Under the pieces are notes generated by a model that worked only from the letters and a program-made list of their open reading frames with translations, was not told where the DNA came from and did no database searches. A stretch of DNA of 62,819 nt, filler included, from Nemertoderma westbladi (Eukaryota > Animalia > Xenacoelomorpha): assembly GCA_032718475.1 (NCBI GenBank). It is 3 parts of 3 records of this genome, joined end to end, with 100 filler letters (N's around TTAATTAATTAA, not from the genome) between each part and the next. Parts side by side here need not be neighbours in the genome. Positions count along the whole stretch, not along the records: positions 10,003 to 40,071 come from JAUCBJ010005242.1; positions 40,172 to 62,819 come from JAUCBJ010003574.1; 1 more part is not named here. The stretch is one strand, 5' to 3'. Of the stretch, positions 38,720 to 52,564 are shown one piece after another. The translations under genes and the position numbers were made by a program. The number at the start of each line of letters is the position of its first letter. Position 1 is the first letter of the stretch.

Positions 38720-40071
38720 CTGAAACAAAAGTAATTTATTATAACAATATAAATAATAATTACGTTTTAAGCAGTGTGTGTGTGTGTGTGCACGTATACG
38801 TATATTTAAACAACCATTACTCAGTAAACAAAACCTAATATGGTTATTATTATCCAATGTGTAAACTCAGGAATGGCGAAACTGGTATCCAATCGGCCAA
38901 TAGCGCAAAACCAAAAATCATTGCGATGAATGCATATCTTGAATATCATAATGGTAATACGAAGAAATTATAAACCTCACCCAACGTTATGACTCAATCA
39001 GATAAAAAATTTCCATATACAACAGTGATCAATATTACCCGCACATCACAAGGTAAACACTAGGAACCAAAGGTTATTTACCTTTAGAAAACATATCTGA
39101 GTCTATCAATATGAGAGGGAATTAATTATATGTCGAATCTACACGAGATAATAGAGGTAAAATGCGCAAAATAAGGGTCGGTATATCTGCAATGCCCCGT
39201 CTTAGGTCGCCGTAATTCAGCAATTCAACATAAATAATTTAATTTTCCTAAAGGTGTAAGTAAAGCGGAACTTTGATTTTAAACTGGGGTTTCTCGCAAT
39301 TTCGCTTCAAAAATATTTAATCGCACTCTAGAATAATTCATCTGTGAAACCGGCGGATTGGTGAGAATTTGGGATTTGGGGGGGGGGGGGGGGGGGGGGA
39401 AAGGGGGGGGGGGGGGGACTGGTGAGGATATTAATAAAAATAGTCCATAAAAGAATCAACTGATGGCAACATCTGGCAATATCAAGTCCGTTATAAGTAT
39501 AACGCACCATAAATTAAAAAAAAGAAGCGGAACTGTAAAACAACACGTAGATGCTAGAATAATAATACGCCGTAATGAGTTTCTTGGCCTAACTGACCAA
39601 TAGGAAGAGGAGAACGCGTTGTAAGAGCTGATAATGGGAACGGTGGCTACTGGCCTACCGGTAAGTAGGATAGCAGGTAGGCCGGGTGGAAGATTGATTG
39701 AGCGGCCGGCCGAGGGGGATTGTTGTGCTGCCATGGTGAAGGGCATCAGCAGCAGTGCAGCGCCATATGGATAGAGAGCTCTGCCCCGGTTATATTATAG
39801 GCCTACAGGCCTAATCATGCTGCACAGCAGCACTTCAAAGGGAAGGAAGGAGCTGAGACCGTGCCAGCGCTGGTGCAGTAACCACGTTGCTGTAGTAGTG
39901 GAGAGCTGCTAGTCCCGCTATATATACTCACATTATAAGTCCAGCTATTACGCCGTATCAACCTTTTATAGATCAACGATACCGGTATAGCTTTAATTTC
40001 TTTCTACGGCACATCGACCCGACCCGAGACGGGTGAAAAACCTAAGTTTATGTTCAGAATGTTTGGATGTT

Positions 40072-40171
40072 NNNNNNNNNNNNNNNNNNNNNNNNNNNNN
40101 NNNNNNNNNNNNNNNTTAATTAATTAANNNNNNNNNNNNNNNNNNNNNNNNNNNNNNNNNNNNNNNNNNNN
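40072..40171. other. Assembly gap spacer (N44-TTAATTAATTAA-N44)
   Basis: Same format as the first gap. Confidence 0.97.
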
Positions 40172-43100
40172 ACCCATGGTGGTGAACAGGCATTCCTTTA
40201 GGAAACAGAGTGGAAGGGTTTACTGTGGAAGATCACCCATGGTGGTGAACAGGCATTCCTTTAGGAAACAGAGTGGAAGGGTTTACTGTGGAAGATCACC
40301 TCATGGTGGTGAACAGGCATTCCTTTAGGAAACAGAGTGGAAGGGTTTACTGTGGAAGATCACCCATGTGGTGAACAGGCATTCCTTTAGGAAACAGAGT
40401 GGAAGGGTTTACTGTGGAAGATCACCCATGGTGGTGAACAGGCATTCCTTTAGGAAACAGAGTGGAAGGGTTTACTGTGGAAGATCACCTATGTGGTGAA
40501 CAGGCATTCCTTTAGGAAACAGAGTGGAAGGGTTTACTGTGTAAGATCACCCATGGTGGTGAACAGGCATTCCTTTAGGAAACAGAGTGGAAGGGTTTAC
40601 TGTGGAAGATCACCTATGTTGGTGAACAGGCATTCCTTTAGGAAACAGAGTGGAAGGGTTTACTGTGTAAGATCACCCATGGTGGTGAACAGGCATTCCT
40701 TTAGGAAACAGAGTGGAAGGGTTTACTGTGGAAGATCACCTATGGTGGTGAACAGGCATTCCTTTAGGAAACAGAGTGGAAGGGTTTACTGTGTAAGATC
40801 ACCCATGGTGGTGAACAGGCATTCCTTTAGGAAACAGAGTGGAAGGGTTTACTGTGGAAGATCACCTGTGTTGGTGAACAGGCATTCCTTTAGGAAACAG
40901 AGTGGAAGGGTTTACTGTGTAAGATCACCCATGGTGGTGAACAGGCATTCCTTTAGGAAACAGAGTGGAAGGGTTTACTGTGGAAGATCACCTATGGTGG
41001 TGAACAGGCATTCCTTTAGGAAACAGAGTGGAAGGGTTTACTGTGTAAGATCACCCATGGTGGTGAACAGGCATTCCTTTAGGAAACAGAGTGGAAGGGT
41101 TTACTGTGGAAGATCACCCATGGTGGTGAACAGGCATTCCTTTAGGAAACAGAGTGGAAGGGTTTACTGTGGAAGATCACCCATGGTGGTGAACAGGCAT
41201 TCCTTTAGGAAACAGAGTGGAAGGGTTTACTGTGTAAGATCACCCATGGTGGTGAACAGGCATTCCTTTAGGAAACAGAGTGGAAGGGTTTACTGTGGAA
41301 GATCACCCATGGTGGTGAACAGGCATTCCTTTAGGAAACAGAGTGGAAGGGTTTACTGTGTAAGATCACCCATGGTGGTGAACAGGCATTCCTTTAGGAA
41401 ACAGAGTGGAAGGGTTTACTGTGGAAGATCACCCATGGTGGTGAACAGGCATTCCTTTAGGAAACAGAGTGGAAGGGTTTACTGTGGAAGATCACCCATG
41501 GTGGTGAACAGGCATTCCTTTAGGAAACACGAGTGTAAGGGTTTACTGTGGAAGTTCACCCATGGTGGTGAACAAGCATTCCTTTAGGAAACAGAGTGGA
41601 AGGGTTTACTGTGGAAGTTCACCCATGGTGGTGAACAGGCATTCCTTTAGGAAACAGAGTGGAAGGGTTTACTGTGTAAGATCACCCATGGTGGTGAACA
41701 GGCATTCCTTTAGGAAACAGAGTGGAAGGGTTTACTGTGGAAGATCACCCATGGTGGTGAACAGGCATTCCTTTAGGAAACAGAGTGGAAGGGTTTACTG
41801 TGTAAGATCACCCATGGTGGTGAACAGGCATTCCTTTAGGAAACAGAGTGGAAGGGTTTACTGTGGAAGATCACCCATGGTGGTGAACAGCATTCCTTTA
41901 GGAAACAGAGTGGAAGGGTTTACTGTGGAAGATCACCCATGGTGGTGAACAGGCATTCCTTTAGGAAACAGAATGGAAGGGTTTACTGTGTAAGATCACC
42001 CATGGTGGTGAACAGGCATTCCTTTAGGAAACAGTGAAAGGGTTTACTGTGGAAGATCACCCGTGGTGGTGAACAGGCATTCCTTTAGGAAACACGAGTG
42101 TAAGGGTTTACTGTGGAAGTTCACCCATGGTGGTGAACAAGCATTCCTTTAGGAAACAGAGTGGAAGGGTTTACTGTGTAAGATCACCCATGGTGGTGAA
42201 CAGGCATTCCTTTAGGAAACACGAGTGTAAGGGTTTACTGTGGAAGTTCACCCATGGAGTTGAACAAGCATTCCTTTAGGAAACAGAGTGGAAGGGTTTA
42301 CTGTGTAAGATCACCCATGGTGGTGAACAGGCATTCCTTTAGGAAACATAGTGGAAGGGTTTACTGTGTAACCCATGGTGGTGATCAGGCATTCCTTTAG
42401 GAAACATAGTGGAAGGGTTTACTGTGTAAGATCACCCATGGTGCTGAACAGGCATTCCTAGGAAACACGAGTGTAAGGGTTTACTGTGGAAGTTCACCCA
42501 CGGTGGTGAACAGGCATTCCTTTAGGAAACAGAGTGGAAGGGTTTACTGTGTAAGATCACCCATGGTGGTGAACAGGCATTCCTTTAGGAAACATAGTGG
42601 AAGGGTTTACTGTGGAAGATCACCCATGGTGGTGAACAGGCATTCCTTTAGGAAACAGAGTGGAAGGGTTTACTGTGTAAGATCACCCATGGTGGTGAAC
42701 AGGCATTCCTTTAGGAAACAGAGTGGAAGGGTTTACTGTGGAAGATCACCCATGGTGGTGAACAGGCATTCCTTTAGGAAACAGAGTGGAAGGGTTTACT
42801 GTGTAAGATCACCCATGGTGGTGAACAGGCATTCCTTTAGGAAACAGAGTGGAAGGGTTTACTGTGTAAGATCACCCATGGTGGTGAACAGGCATTCCTT
42901 TAGGAAACAGAGTGGAAGGGTTTACTGTGGAAGTTCACCCATGGTGGTGAACAGGCATTCCTTTAGGAAACAGAGTGGAAGGGTTTACTGTGGAAGATCA
43001 CCCATGGTGGTGAACAGGCATTCCTTTAGGAAACAGAGTGGAAGGGTTTACTGTGTAAGATCACCCATGGTGGTGAACAGGCATTCCTTTAGGAAACAGA

Positions 43101-45723
43101 GTGGAAGGGTTTACTGTGGAAGATCACCCATGGTGGTGAACAGGCATTCCTTTAGGAAACACGATTGTAAGGGTTTACTGTGGAAGTTCACCCATGGTGG
43201 TGAACAAGCATTCCTTTAGGAAACAGAGTGGAAGGGTTTACTGTGTAAGATCACCCATGGTGGTGAACAGGCATTCCTTTAGGAAACAGAGTGGAAGGGT
43301 TTACTGTGTAAGATCACCCATGGTGGTGAACAGGCATTCCTTTAGGAAACAGAGTGGAAGGGTTTACTGTGTAAGATCACCCATGGTGGTGAACAGGCAT
43401 TCCTTTAGGAAACAGAGTGGAAGGGTTTACTGTGGAAGATCACCCGTGGTGGTGAACAGGCATTCCTTTAGGAAACACGAGTGGAAGGGTTTACTGTGGA
43501 AGATCACCCATGGTGGTGAACAGGCATTCCTTTAGGAAACAGAGTGGAAGGGTTTACTGTGTAAGATCACCCATGGTGGTGAACAGGCATTCCTTTAGGA
43601 AACACGAGTGTAAGGGTTTACTGTGGAAGTTCACCCTATGGTGGTGAACAAGCATTCCTTTAGGAAACAGAGTGGAAGGGTTTACTGTGTAAGATCACCC
43701 ATGGTGGTGAACAGGCATTCCTTTAGGAAACATAGTGGAAGGGTTTACTGTGTAACCCATGGTGGTGAGCAGGCATTCCTTTAGGAAACATAGTGGAAGG
43801 GTTTACTGTGTAAGATCACCCATGGTGGTGAACAGGCATTCCTAGGAAACAGGAGTGTAAGGGTTTACTGTGGAAGTTCACCCATGGTGGTGAACAAGCA
43901 TTCCTTTAGGAAACAGAGTGGAAGGGTTTACTGTGTAAGATCACCCATGGTGGTGAACAGGCATTCCTTTAGGAAACATAGTGGAAGGGTTTACTGTGTA
44001 AGATCACCCATGGTGGTGAACAGGCATTCCTTTAGGAAACAGAGTGGAAGGGTTTACTGTGTAAGATCACCCATGGTGGTGAACAGGCATTCCTTTAGGA
44101 AATGGAGTGGCAGGGTTCACTGTGGAAGATCACCAATGGTGGTGAAGATACATTCCTTTGGGAAACAGAGTGGAAGAGTTTACTGTGGAAGATCACCCCA
44201 CCCATGGTGGTGAACAGGCATTCCTTTAGGAAACAGATTGGAAGGGTTTAGTGTGGAAGATCACCCATGGTGGTGAACAAGCATTCCTTTGGGAAACAGA
44301 GTGGAAGGGTTTAGTGTGGAAGATCACCCATGGTGGTGAACAAGCATTACTTTGAGAAACAGAGTGGAAGAGTTTACTGTGGAAAATCACCCATGGTGGT
44401 GAACAGCCATGCATTCCTTTAGGACACAGATTGGAAGGGTTTAGTGTGGAAGATCACCCATGGTGGTGAAAAAGCATTCCTTTGGGAAACAAAGTGGAAG
44501 AGTTTACTGTGGAAACTCACCCATGGTGGTGAACAAGCATTCCTTTGGGAAACAGAGTGGAAGCGTTTACTGTGGAGGATCACCCATGGTGGTGAACAGG
44601 CATTCCTTTGGAAACATAGTGGAAGGGTTTACTGTGGGAGATCACCCATGGTGGTGAACAGGCTTTCCTTTGGGAAACAGAGTGGAAGAGTTTACTGTGG
44701 AAGATCACCCATGGTGGTGAACAGGCATTCCTTTAGGAAACAGAGTGGAAGGGTTTACTGTGTAAGATCACCCATGGTGGTGAACAGGCATTCCTTTAGG
44801 AAACACGAGTGTAAGGGTTTACTGTGGAAGTTCACCCATGGTGGTGAACAAGCATTCCTTTAGGAAACACGATTGTAAGGGTTTACTGTGGAAGTTCACC
44901 CATGGTGGTGAACAAGCATTCCTTTAGGAAAAAGAGTGGAAGGGTTTACTGTGTAAGATCACCCATGGTGGTGAACAGGCATTCCTTTAGGAAACAGAGT
45001 GGAAGGGTTTACTGTGGAAGTTCACCCATGGTGGTGAACAAGCATTCCTTTAGGAAACAGAGTGGAAGGGTTTACTGTGGAAGATCACCCATGGTGGTGA
45101 ACAGGCATTCCTTTAGGAAACACAAGTGTAAGGGTTTACTGTGGAAGTTCACCCATGGTGGTGAACAAGCATTCCTTTAGGAAACAGAGTGGAAGGGTTT
45201 ACTGTGTAAGATCACCCATGGTGGTGAACAGGCATTCCTTTAGGAAACACGAGTGTAAGGGTTTACTGTGGAAGTTCACCCATGGTGGTGAACAAGCATT
45301 CCTTTAGGAAACAGAGTGGAAGGGTTTACTGTGGAAGATCACCCATGGTGGTGAACAGGCATTCCTTTAGGAAACAGAGTGGAAGGGTTTACTGTGTAAG
45401 ATCACCCATGGTGGTGAACAGGCATTCCTTTAGGAAACACGAGTGGAAGGGTTTACTGTGGAAGATCACCCATGGTGGTGAACAAGCATTCCTTTAGGAA
45501 ACAGAGTGGAAGGGTTTACTGTGTAAGATCACCCATGGTGGTGAACAGGCATTCCTTTAGGAAACACGAGTGGAAGGGTTTACTGTGGAAGATCACCCAT
45601 GGTGGTGAACAAGCATTCCTTTAGGAAACACGATTGGAAGGGTTTACTGTGGAAGTTCACCCATGGTGGTGAACAGGCATTCCTTTAGGAAACAGAATGG
45701 AAGGGTTTACTGTGTAAGATCAC

Positions 45724-47951
45724 GGTTTCAGGTCGAAATGTCGAAAGAGTCAAATTGTCGAACAGGTCAAAATGTCGAAAGAGTCAAGTTGTCGAACAGC
45801 CATGTCAAATTATCGAAAGAGGCATGCCAAATTGTCGAAAGAATTAATTAATAAATGAATGTTGTAGACTAAACTTGTAGGCCTATTAATGAATGAATGA
45901 GTGGGACTAAACCTGTAGGTACTTTCAGTTTGGTGCAATATAATACACTAAACCACACTGGAGTAAGTCAATACTTGTTTACTAGATGTTATATAAACAT
46001 CATAATTTTATGATTAAATAGTTTATAGCATAAGCCCTTATGGAGTTCAATCATGTCCCCGCTAAATTCGTTTTGAGTCCGCTGTTAGGAAACATAAGGT
46101 AATACAATTCAATAGTTTGAGATGGCCCGGAACTGTCCTCGAGTTTCAACAAAGTAAGACTTATAAAGATAACATATACTATAAATGATCGCAGTGTATT
46201 AAGCGTGGACCAAATACCAGTGTTGCGACAATAATTGTCACTAACGGTACTATTCAGACTGATCCGGACCATCCCGACAAACTATAACAAAAAACCGCAC
46301 GGATGTGTACCAACAGTTGATTGCAAAGTGGCAAACGTACAAGCTAAGCGACATGTGTTTGAAATCACAACAGAAGTTAGAAACAGCCGGAAGCGTCCAA
46401 TAGAAGCGTTCGATAGAGCCCTGCAATCTGTCGATATTAAGTACCAGGAGTATGGAGGACAGGTAGCTGTCGAAATTAAGGGGAAACTATCTGCTGGGTA
46501 CGGCTTCGACTCAAAACGCCGGTCATTAAGCAGAAACCGACACCGTGAGATTCCTAAAGATGTCACTATTTATAAGATACCAGATCAGTTAAAGGTGGCC
46601 AAGCCCAGTTCTGATCGGTTCCTCTTAATCAATGAAATTATTGAGGGAGAAGAAATACTTCTCTATTCAGCAGACGATGATGATCTACGCTTGTTAAATA
46701 ATTGCGAAGTTGTCATCTGTGATGGGAACTTTAAGTTTACGCCTCCCGAATTTCACAACCCGGGTGAAATGTATACAGTGCATGGTGTGGTGGGTGGAGA
46801 GCCCCATGTTTTAGGATACGCTCTGATGAAGGGACAGTCGGAAGGAAGCTACATCAGGATGTTTACTGCTTTAAGAGATAACATTTATCATCTTTGCGGT
46901 GAAGGTGGCAGAATTAATACAGCTAAGTGGCTTTTCGATTTCGAACTTGCAGCAATGAATGCTTGCAATATAGTTTTCCCAATGGTGACCGTGTTAGGTT
47001 GCGCTTTTCATTTCGCTAAGGCCATAAACGAGAAGCGAGACAGCCTTGGCCTCAAAGGTGTTTGTGTTGAAGATACAGCAGAGGGTAAAACTGTAAAGTA
47101 TTGGTTCAAAGAGATTCGTTCTTTACCATTCCTTCCTGATGGGTATCGCAATCAGGTTGCCTATACTCTGATCAATGAACAGCTACCAAACCTGTCCGCT
47201 TTAACAGCCAATAAAGTTTTCCAATTTCGACAATATTGTATTGGATTTTGGCTTCGGCAGGATGTATTCATCAGATGGGGACAGTTCGGAAATACCGGCC
47301 CTAGGACCAGCAACTATGCTGAAGGTTTCCACAATGGGCTTCATTCCCGGCTCACCAGCCTCCATCCGTGCCTTGGAGAGATCCTGGAATTTTTCCAGTT
47401 AAATCAACATACTTCCCAGCAGCGCATGAAGGCCTTGCTAGAACCGAATACTATTGCTGTTCCCAAACCAAAGTCTCCACATATCCAGATACGGAACCAA
47501 CGCTTGGTTGAGGAGATGGGGCGATTCGCAAACTACATGGCTGCATGGCCTAATAACATATATTATAATGACTGTAAGATGTACATGCGTTGTTTGATGG
47601 TCATTGGACTGGTACCCCAGGCTTTAGAGGAGTAATGCCCAATGGTCAGCTAGTCAAGATAACTCTTACTTTATAGGCCTATATTGCCCATTGCTATTGA
47701 GATATTATACACAATTCGTTAGCCATATCAATTATCAGGTTTCCAATTTCTCAGGTTCAACAATTTAGTATCAAAATTCAAAAGTATCTAAAAAAGGATA
47801 AGCGCCATATTGTCGAAAGGGGTGCGCCATATTGTCGAAAAAAAATTCGACATTTTGACATGGCCAAAAACTTTTTCGACAATTTGACTCTACTTTTCGA
47901 CAATTTGTCCCTTTCGACATTTTGGCTCTTTCGACATTTTGACCATAAGCC
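45724..47951 (+). mobile_element. Mutator-like (MULE) DNA transposon inserted in the satellite
   Basis: TIRs ggtttcaggtcgaaatgtcgaaagag... / ...ctctttcgacattttgaccataagcc built from tgtcgaa repeats. TSD AAGATCAC at 45716-45723 and 47953-47960 (9 bp with one mismatch). Confidence 0.92.
46235..47635 (+). CDS. MULE DDE transposase (N-terminus apparently disrupted)
   Basis: VICDGNF (D1), MYTVHG, WLFDFE (D2), GCAFH (CxxH) and RTSNYAEGFHNGL (E). The upstream YYK*SQC...DPDHP segment lies in another frame and contains a stop. Confidence 0.88.
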   Translation: MSLTVLFRLIRTIPTNYNKKPHGCVPTVDCKVANVQAKRHVFEITTEVRNSRKRPIEAFDRALQSVDIKYQEYGGQVAVEIKGKLSAGYGFDSKRRSLSRNRHREIPKDVTIYKIPDQLKVAKPSSDRFLLINEIIEGEEILLYSADDDDLRLLNNCEVVICDGNFKFTPPEFHNPGEMYTVHGVVGGEPHVLGYALMKGQSEGSYIRMFTALRDNIYHLCGEGGRINTAKWLFDFELAAMNACNIVFPMVTVLGCAFHFAKAINEKRDSLGLKGVCVEDTAEGKTVKYWFKEIRSLPFLPDGYRNQVAYTLINEQLPNLSALTANKVFQFRQYCIGFWLRQDVFIRWGQFGNTGPRTSNYAEGFHNGLHSRLTSLHPCLGEILEFFQLNQHTSQQRMKALLEPNTIAVPKPKSPHIQIRNQRLVEEMGRFANYMAAWPNNIYYNDCKMYMRCLMVIGLVPQALEE

Positions 47952-50900
47952 CAAGATCACCCATGGTGGTGAACAAGCATTCCTTTAGGAAACACGAGTG
48001 TAAGGGTTTACTGTGGAAGTTCACCCATGGTGGTGAACAGGCATTCCTTTAGGAAACAGAATGGAAGGGTTTACTGTGTAAGATCACCCATGGTGGTGAA
48101 CAAGCATTCCTTTAGGAAACAGAATGGAAGGGTTTACTGTGTAAGATCACCCATGGTGGTGAACAAGCATTCCTTTAGGAAACAGTGAAAGGGTTTACTA
48201 TGTAAGATCACCCGTGGTGGTGAACAGGCATTCCTTTAGGAAACACGAGTGTAAGGGTTTACTGTGGAAGTTCACCCATGGTGGTGAACAAGCATTCCTT
48301 TAGGAAACACGATTGTAAGGGTTTACTGTGGAAGTTCACCCATGGTGGTGAACAGGCATTCCTTTAGGAAACAGAATGGAAGGGTTTACTGTGTAAGATC
48401 ACCCATGGTGGTGAACAAGCATTCCTTTAGGAAACAGTGAAAGGGTTTACTATGTAAGATCACCCGTGGTGGTGAACAGGCATTCCTTTAGGAAACACGA
48501 GTGTAAGGGTTTACTGTGGAAGTTCACCCATGGTGGTGAACAAGCATTCCTTTAGGAAACACGATTGTAAGGGTTTACTGTGGAAGTTCACCCATGGTGG
48601 TGAACAGGCATTCCTTTAGGAAACAGAATGGAAGGGTTTACTGTGTAAGATCACCCATGGTGGTGAACAAGCATTCCTTTAGGAAACAGTGAAAGGGTTT
48701 ACTATGTAAGATCACCCGTGGTGGTGAACAGGCATTCCTTTAGGAAACACGAGTGTAAGGGTTTACTGTGGAAGTTCACCCATGGTGGTGAACAAGCATT
48801 CCTTTAGGAAACAGAGTGGAAGGGTTTACTGTGTAAGATCACCCATGGTGGTGAACAGGCATTCCTTTAGGAAACACGAGTGTAAGGGTTTACTGTGGAA
48901 GTTCACCCATGGAGTTGAACAAGCATTCCTTTAGGAAACAGAGTGGAAGGGTTTACTGTGTAAGATCACCCATGGTGGTGAACAGGCATTCCTTTAGGAA
49001 ACATAGTGGAAGGGTTTACTGTGTAACCCATGGTGGTGATCAGGCATTCCTTTAGGAAACATAGTGGAAGGGTTTACTGTGTAAGATCACCCATGGTGCT
49101 GAACAGGCATTCCTAGGAAACACGAGTGTAAGGGTTTACTGTGGAAGTTCACCCACGGTGGTGAACAAGCATTCCTTTAGGAAACAGAGTGGAAGGGTTT
49201 ACTGTGTAAGATCACCCATGGTGGTGAACAGGCATTCCTTTAGGAAACATAGTGGAAGGGTTTACTGTGTAAGATCACCCATGGTGGTGAACAGGCATTC
49301 CTTTAGGAAACAGAGTGGAAGGGTTTACTGTGTAAGATCACCCATGGTGGTGAACAGGCATTCCTTTAGGAAACAGAGTGGAAGGGTTTACTGTGTAAGA
49401 TCACCCATGGTGGTGAACAGGCATTCCTTTAGGAAACACGAGTGTAAGGGTTTACTGTGGAAGTTCACCCATGGTGGTGAACAAGCATTCCTTTAGGAAA
49501 CAGAGTGGAAGGGTTTACTGTGTAAGATCACCCATGGTGGTGAACAGGCATTCCTTTAGGAAACATAGTGGAAGGGTTTACTGTGTAAGATTACCCATGG
49601 TGGTGGACAGGCATTCCTTTAGGAAACACGAGTGTAAGGGTTTACTGTGGAAGTTCACCCATGGTGGTGAACAAGCATTCCTTTAGGAAACAGAGTGGAA
49701 GGGTTTACTGTGTAAGATCACCCATGGTGGTGAACAGGCATTCCTTTAGGAAACAGAGTGGAAGGGTTTACTGTGTAAGATCACCCATGGTGGTGAACAG
49801 GCATACCTTTAGGAAACACGATTGTAAGGGTTTACTGTGGAAGTTCACTCATGGTGGTGAACAAGCATTCCTTTAGGAAACACGATTGTAAGGGTTTACT
49901 GTGGAAGTTCACCCATGGTGGTGAACAAGCATTCCTTTAGGAAAAAGAGTGGAAGGGTTTACTGTGTAAGATCACCCATGGTGGTGAACAGGCATTCCTT
50001 TAGGAAACAGAGTGGAAGGGTTTACTGTGTAAGATCACCCATGGTGGTGAACAGGCATTCCTTTAGGAAACAGAATGGAAGGGTTTACTGTGTAAGATCA
50101 CCCATGGTGGTGAACAGGCATTCCTTTAGGAAACAGAGTGGAAGGGTTTACTGTGTAAGATCACCCGTGGTGGTGAACAGGCATTCCTTTAGGAAACACG
50201 AGTGTAAGGGTTTACTGTGGAAGTTCACCCATGGTGGTGAACAAGCATTCCTTTAGGAAACAGAGTGGAAGGGTTTACTGTGTAAGATCACCCATGGTGG
50301 TGAACAGGCATTCCTTTAGGAAACATAGTGGAAGGGTTTACTGTGTAACCCATGGTGGTGAGCAGGCATTCCTTTAGGAAACATAGTGGAAGGGTTTACT
50401 GTGTAAGATCACCCATGGTGGTGAACAGGCATTCCTAGGAAACAGGAGTGTAAGGGTTTACTGTGGAAGTTCACCCATGGTGGTGAACAAGCATTCCTTT
50501 AGGAAACAGAGTGGAAGGGTTTACTGTGTAAGATCACCCATGGTGGTGAGCAGGCATTCCTTTAGGAAACATAGTGGAAGGGTTTACTGTGTAAGATCAC
50601 CCATGGTGGTGAACAGGCATTCCTTTAGGAAACAGAGTGGAAGGGTTTACTGTGTAAGATCACCCATGGTGGTGAACAGGCATTCCTTTAGGAAATGGAG
50701 TGGCAGGGTTCACTGTGGAAGATCACCAATGGTGGTGAAGATACATTCCTTTGGGAAACAGAGTGGAAGAGTTTATTGTGGAAGATCACCCCACCCATGG
50801 TGGTGAACAGGCATTCCTTTAGGAAACAGATTGGAAGGGTTTAGTGTGGAAGATCACCCATGGTGGTGAACAAGCATTCCTTTGGGAAACAGAGTGGAAG

Positions 50901-52564
50901 GGTTTAGTGTGGAAGATCACCCATGGTGGTGAACAAGCATTACTTTGAGAAACAGAGTGGAAGAGTTTACTGTGGAAAATCACCCATGGTGGTGAACAGC
51001 CATGCATTCCTTTAGGACACAGATTGGAAGGGTTTAGTGTGGAAGATCACCCATGGTGGTGAAAAAGCATTCCTTTGGGAAACAAAGTGGAAGAGTTTAC
51101 TGTGGAAACTCACCCATGGTGGTGAACAAGCATTCCTTTGGGAAACAGAGTGGAAGCGTTTACTGTGGAGGATCACCCATGGTGGTGAACAGGCATTCCT
51201 TTGGAAACATAGTGGAAGGGTTTACTGTGGGAGATCACCCATGGTGGTGAACAGGCTTTCCTTTGGGAAACAGAGTGGAAGAGTTTACTGTGGAAGATCA
51301 CCCATGGTGGTGAACAGGCATTCCTTTAGGAAACAGAGTGGAAGGGTTTACTGTGTAAGATCACCCATGGTGGTGAACAGGCATTCCTTTAGGAAATGGA
51401 GTGGCAGGGTTCACTGTGGAAGATCACCAATGGTGGTGAAGATACATTCCTTTGGGAAACAGAGTGGAAGAGTTTACTGTGGAAGATCACCCCACCCATG
51501 GTGGTGAACAGGCATTCCTTTAGGAAACAGATTGGAAGGGTTTAGTGTGGAAGATCACCCATGGTGGTGAACAAGCATTCCTTTGGGAAACAGAGTGGAA
51601 GGGTTTAGTGTGGAAGATCACCCATGGTGGTGAACAAGCATTACTTTGAGAAACAGAGTGGAAGAGTTTACTGTGGAAGATCACCCATGGTGGTGAACAG
51701 GCATTCCTTTAGGAAACAGAGTGGAAGAGTTTACTGTGGAAAATCACCCATGGTGGTGAACAGCCATGCATTCCTTTAGGACACAGATTGGAAGGGTTTA
51801 GTGTGGAAGATCACCCATGGTGGTGAAAAAGCATTCCTTTGGGAAACAAAGTGGAAGAGTTTACTGTGGAAACTCACCCATGGTGGTGAACAAGCATTCC
51901 TTTGGGAAACAGAGTGGAAGCGTTTACTGTGGAGGATCACCCATGGTGGTGAACAGGCATTCCTTTGGAAACATAGTGGAAGGGTTTACTGTGGGAGATC
52001 ACCCATGGTGGTGAACAGGCTTTCCTTTGGGAAACAGAGTGGAAGAGTTTACTGTGGAAGATCACCCATGGTGGTGAACAGGCATTCCTTTAGGAAACAG
52101 AGAGGAAGGGTTTAATGTGGAAGATCAGCCATGGTGGTGAACAGGCATTCCTTTAGGAAACACGAGTGGAAGGGTTTACTGTGGAAGATCAGATCACCCA
52201 TGGTGGTGAACAGGCATTCCTTTAGGAAACAGAGTGGAAGGGTTTACTGTGTAAGATCACCCATGGTGGTGAACAGGCATTCCTTTAGGAAACACGAGTG
52301 TAAGGGTTTACTGTGGAAGTTCACCCATGGTGGTGAACAAGCATTCCTTTAGGAAACAGAGTGGAAGGGTTTACTGTGTAAGATCACCCTTGGTGGTGAA
52401 CAGGCATTCCTTTAGGAAACATAGTGGAAGGGTTTACTGTGTAAGATGACCCATGGTGGTGAACAGGCATTCCTTTAGGAAACACGATTGTAAGGGTTTA
52501 CTGTGGAAGTTCACCCATGGTGGTGAACAAGCATTCCTTTAGGAAACAGAGTGGAAGGGTTTAC

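Noticed and set aside
39456-39746. Candidate first coding exon of ARID1 (MAAQQSPSAG...)
   Set aside because: A phase-1 donor (ACCG|GTAGGC) is possible, but the peptide has no recognisable ARID1 character, so it is left unassigned.
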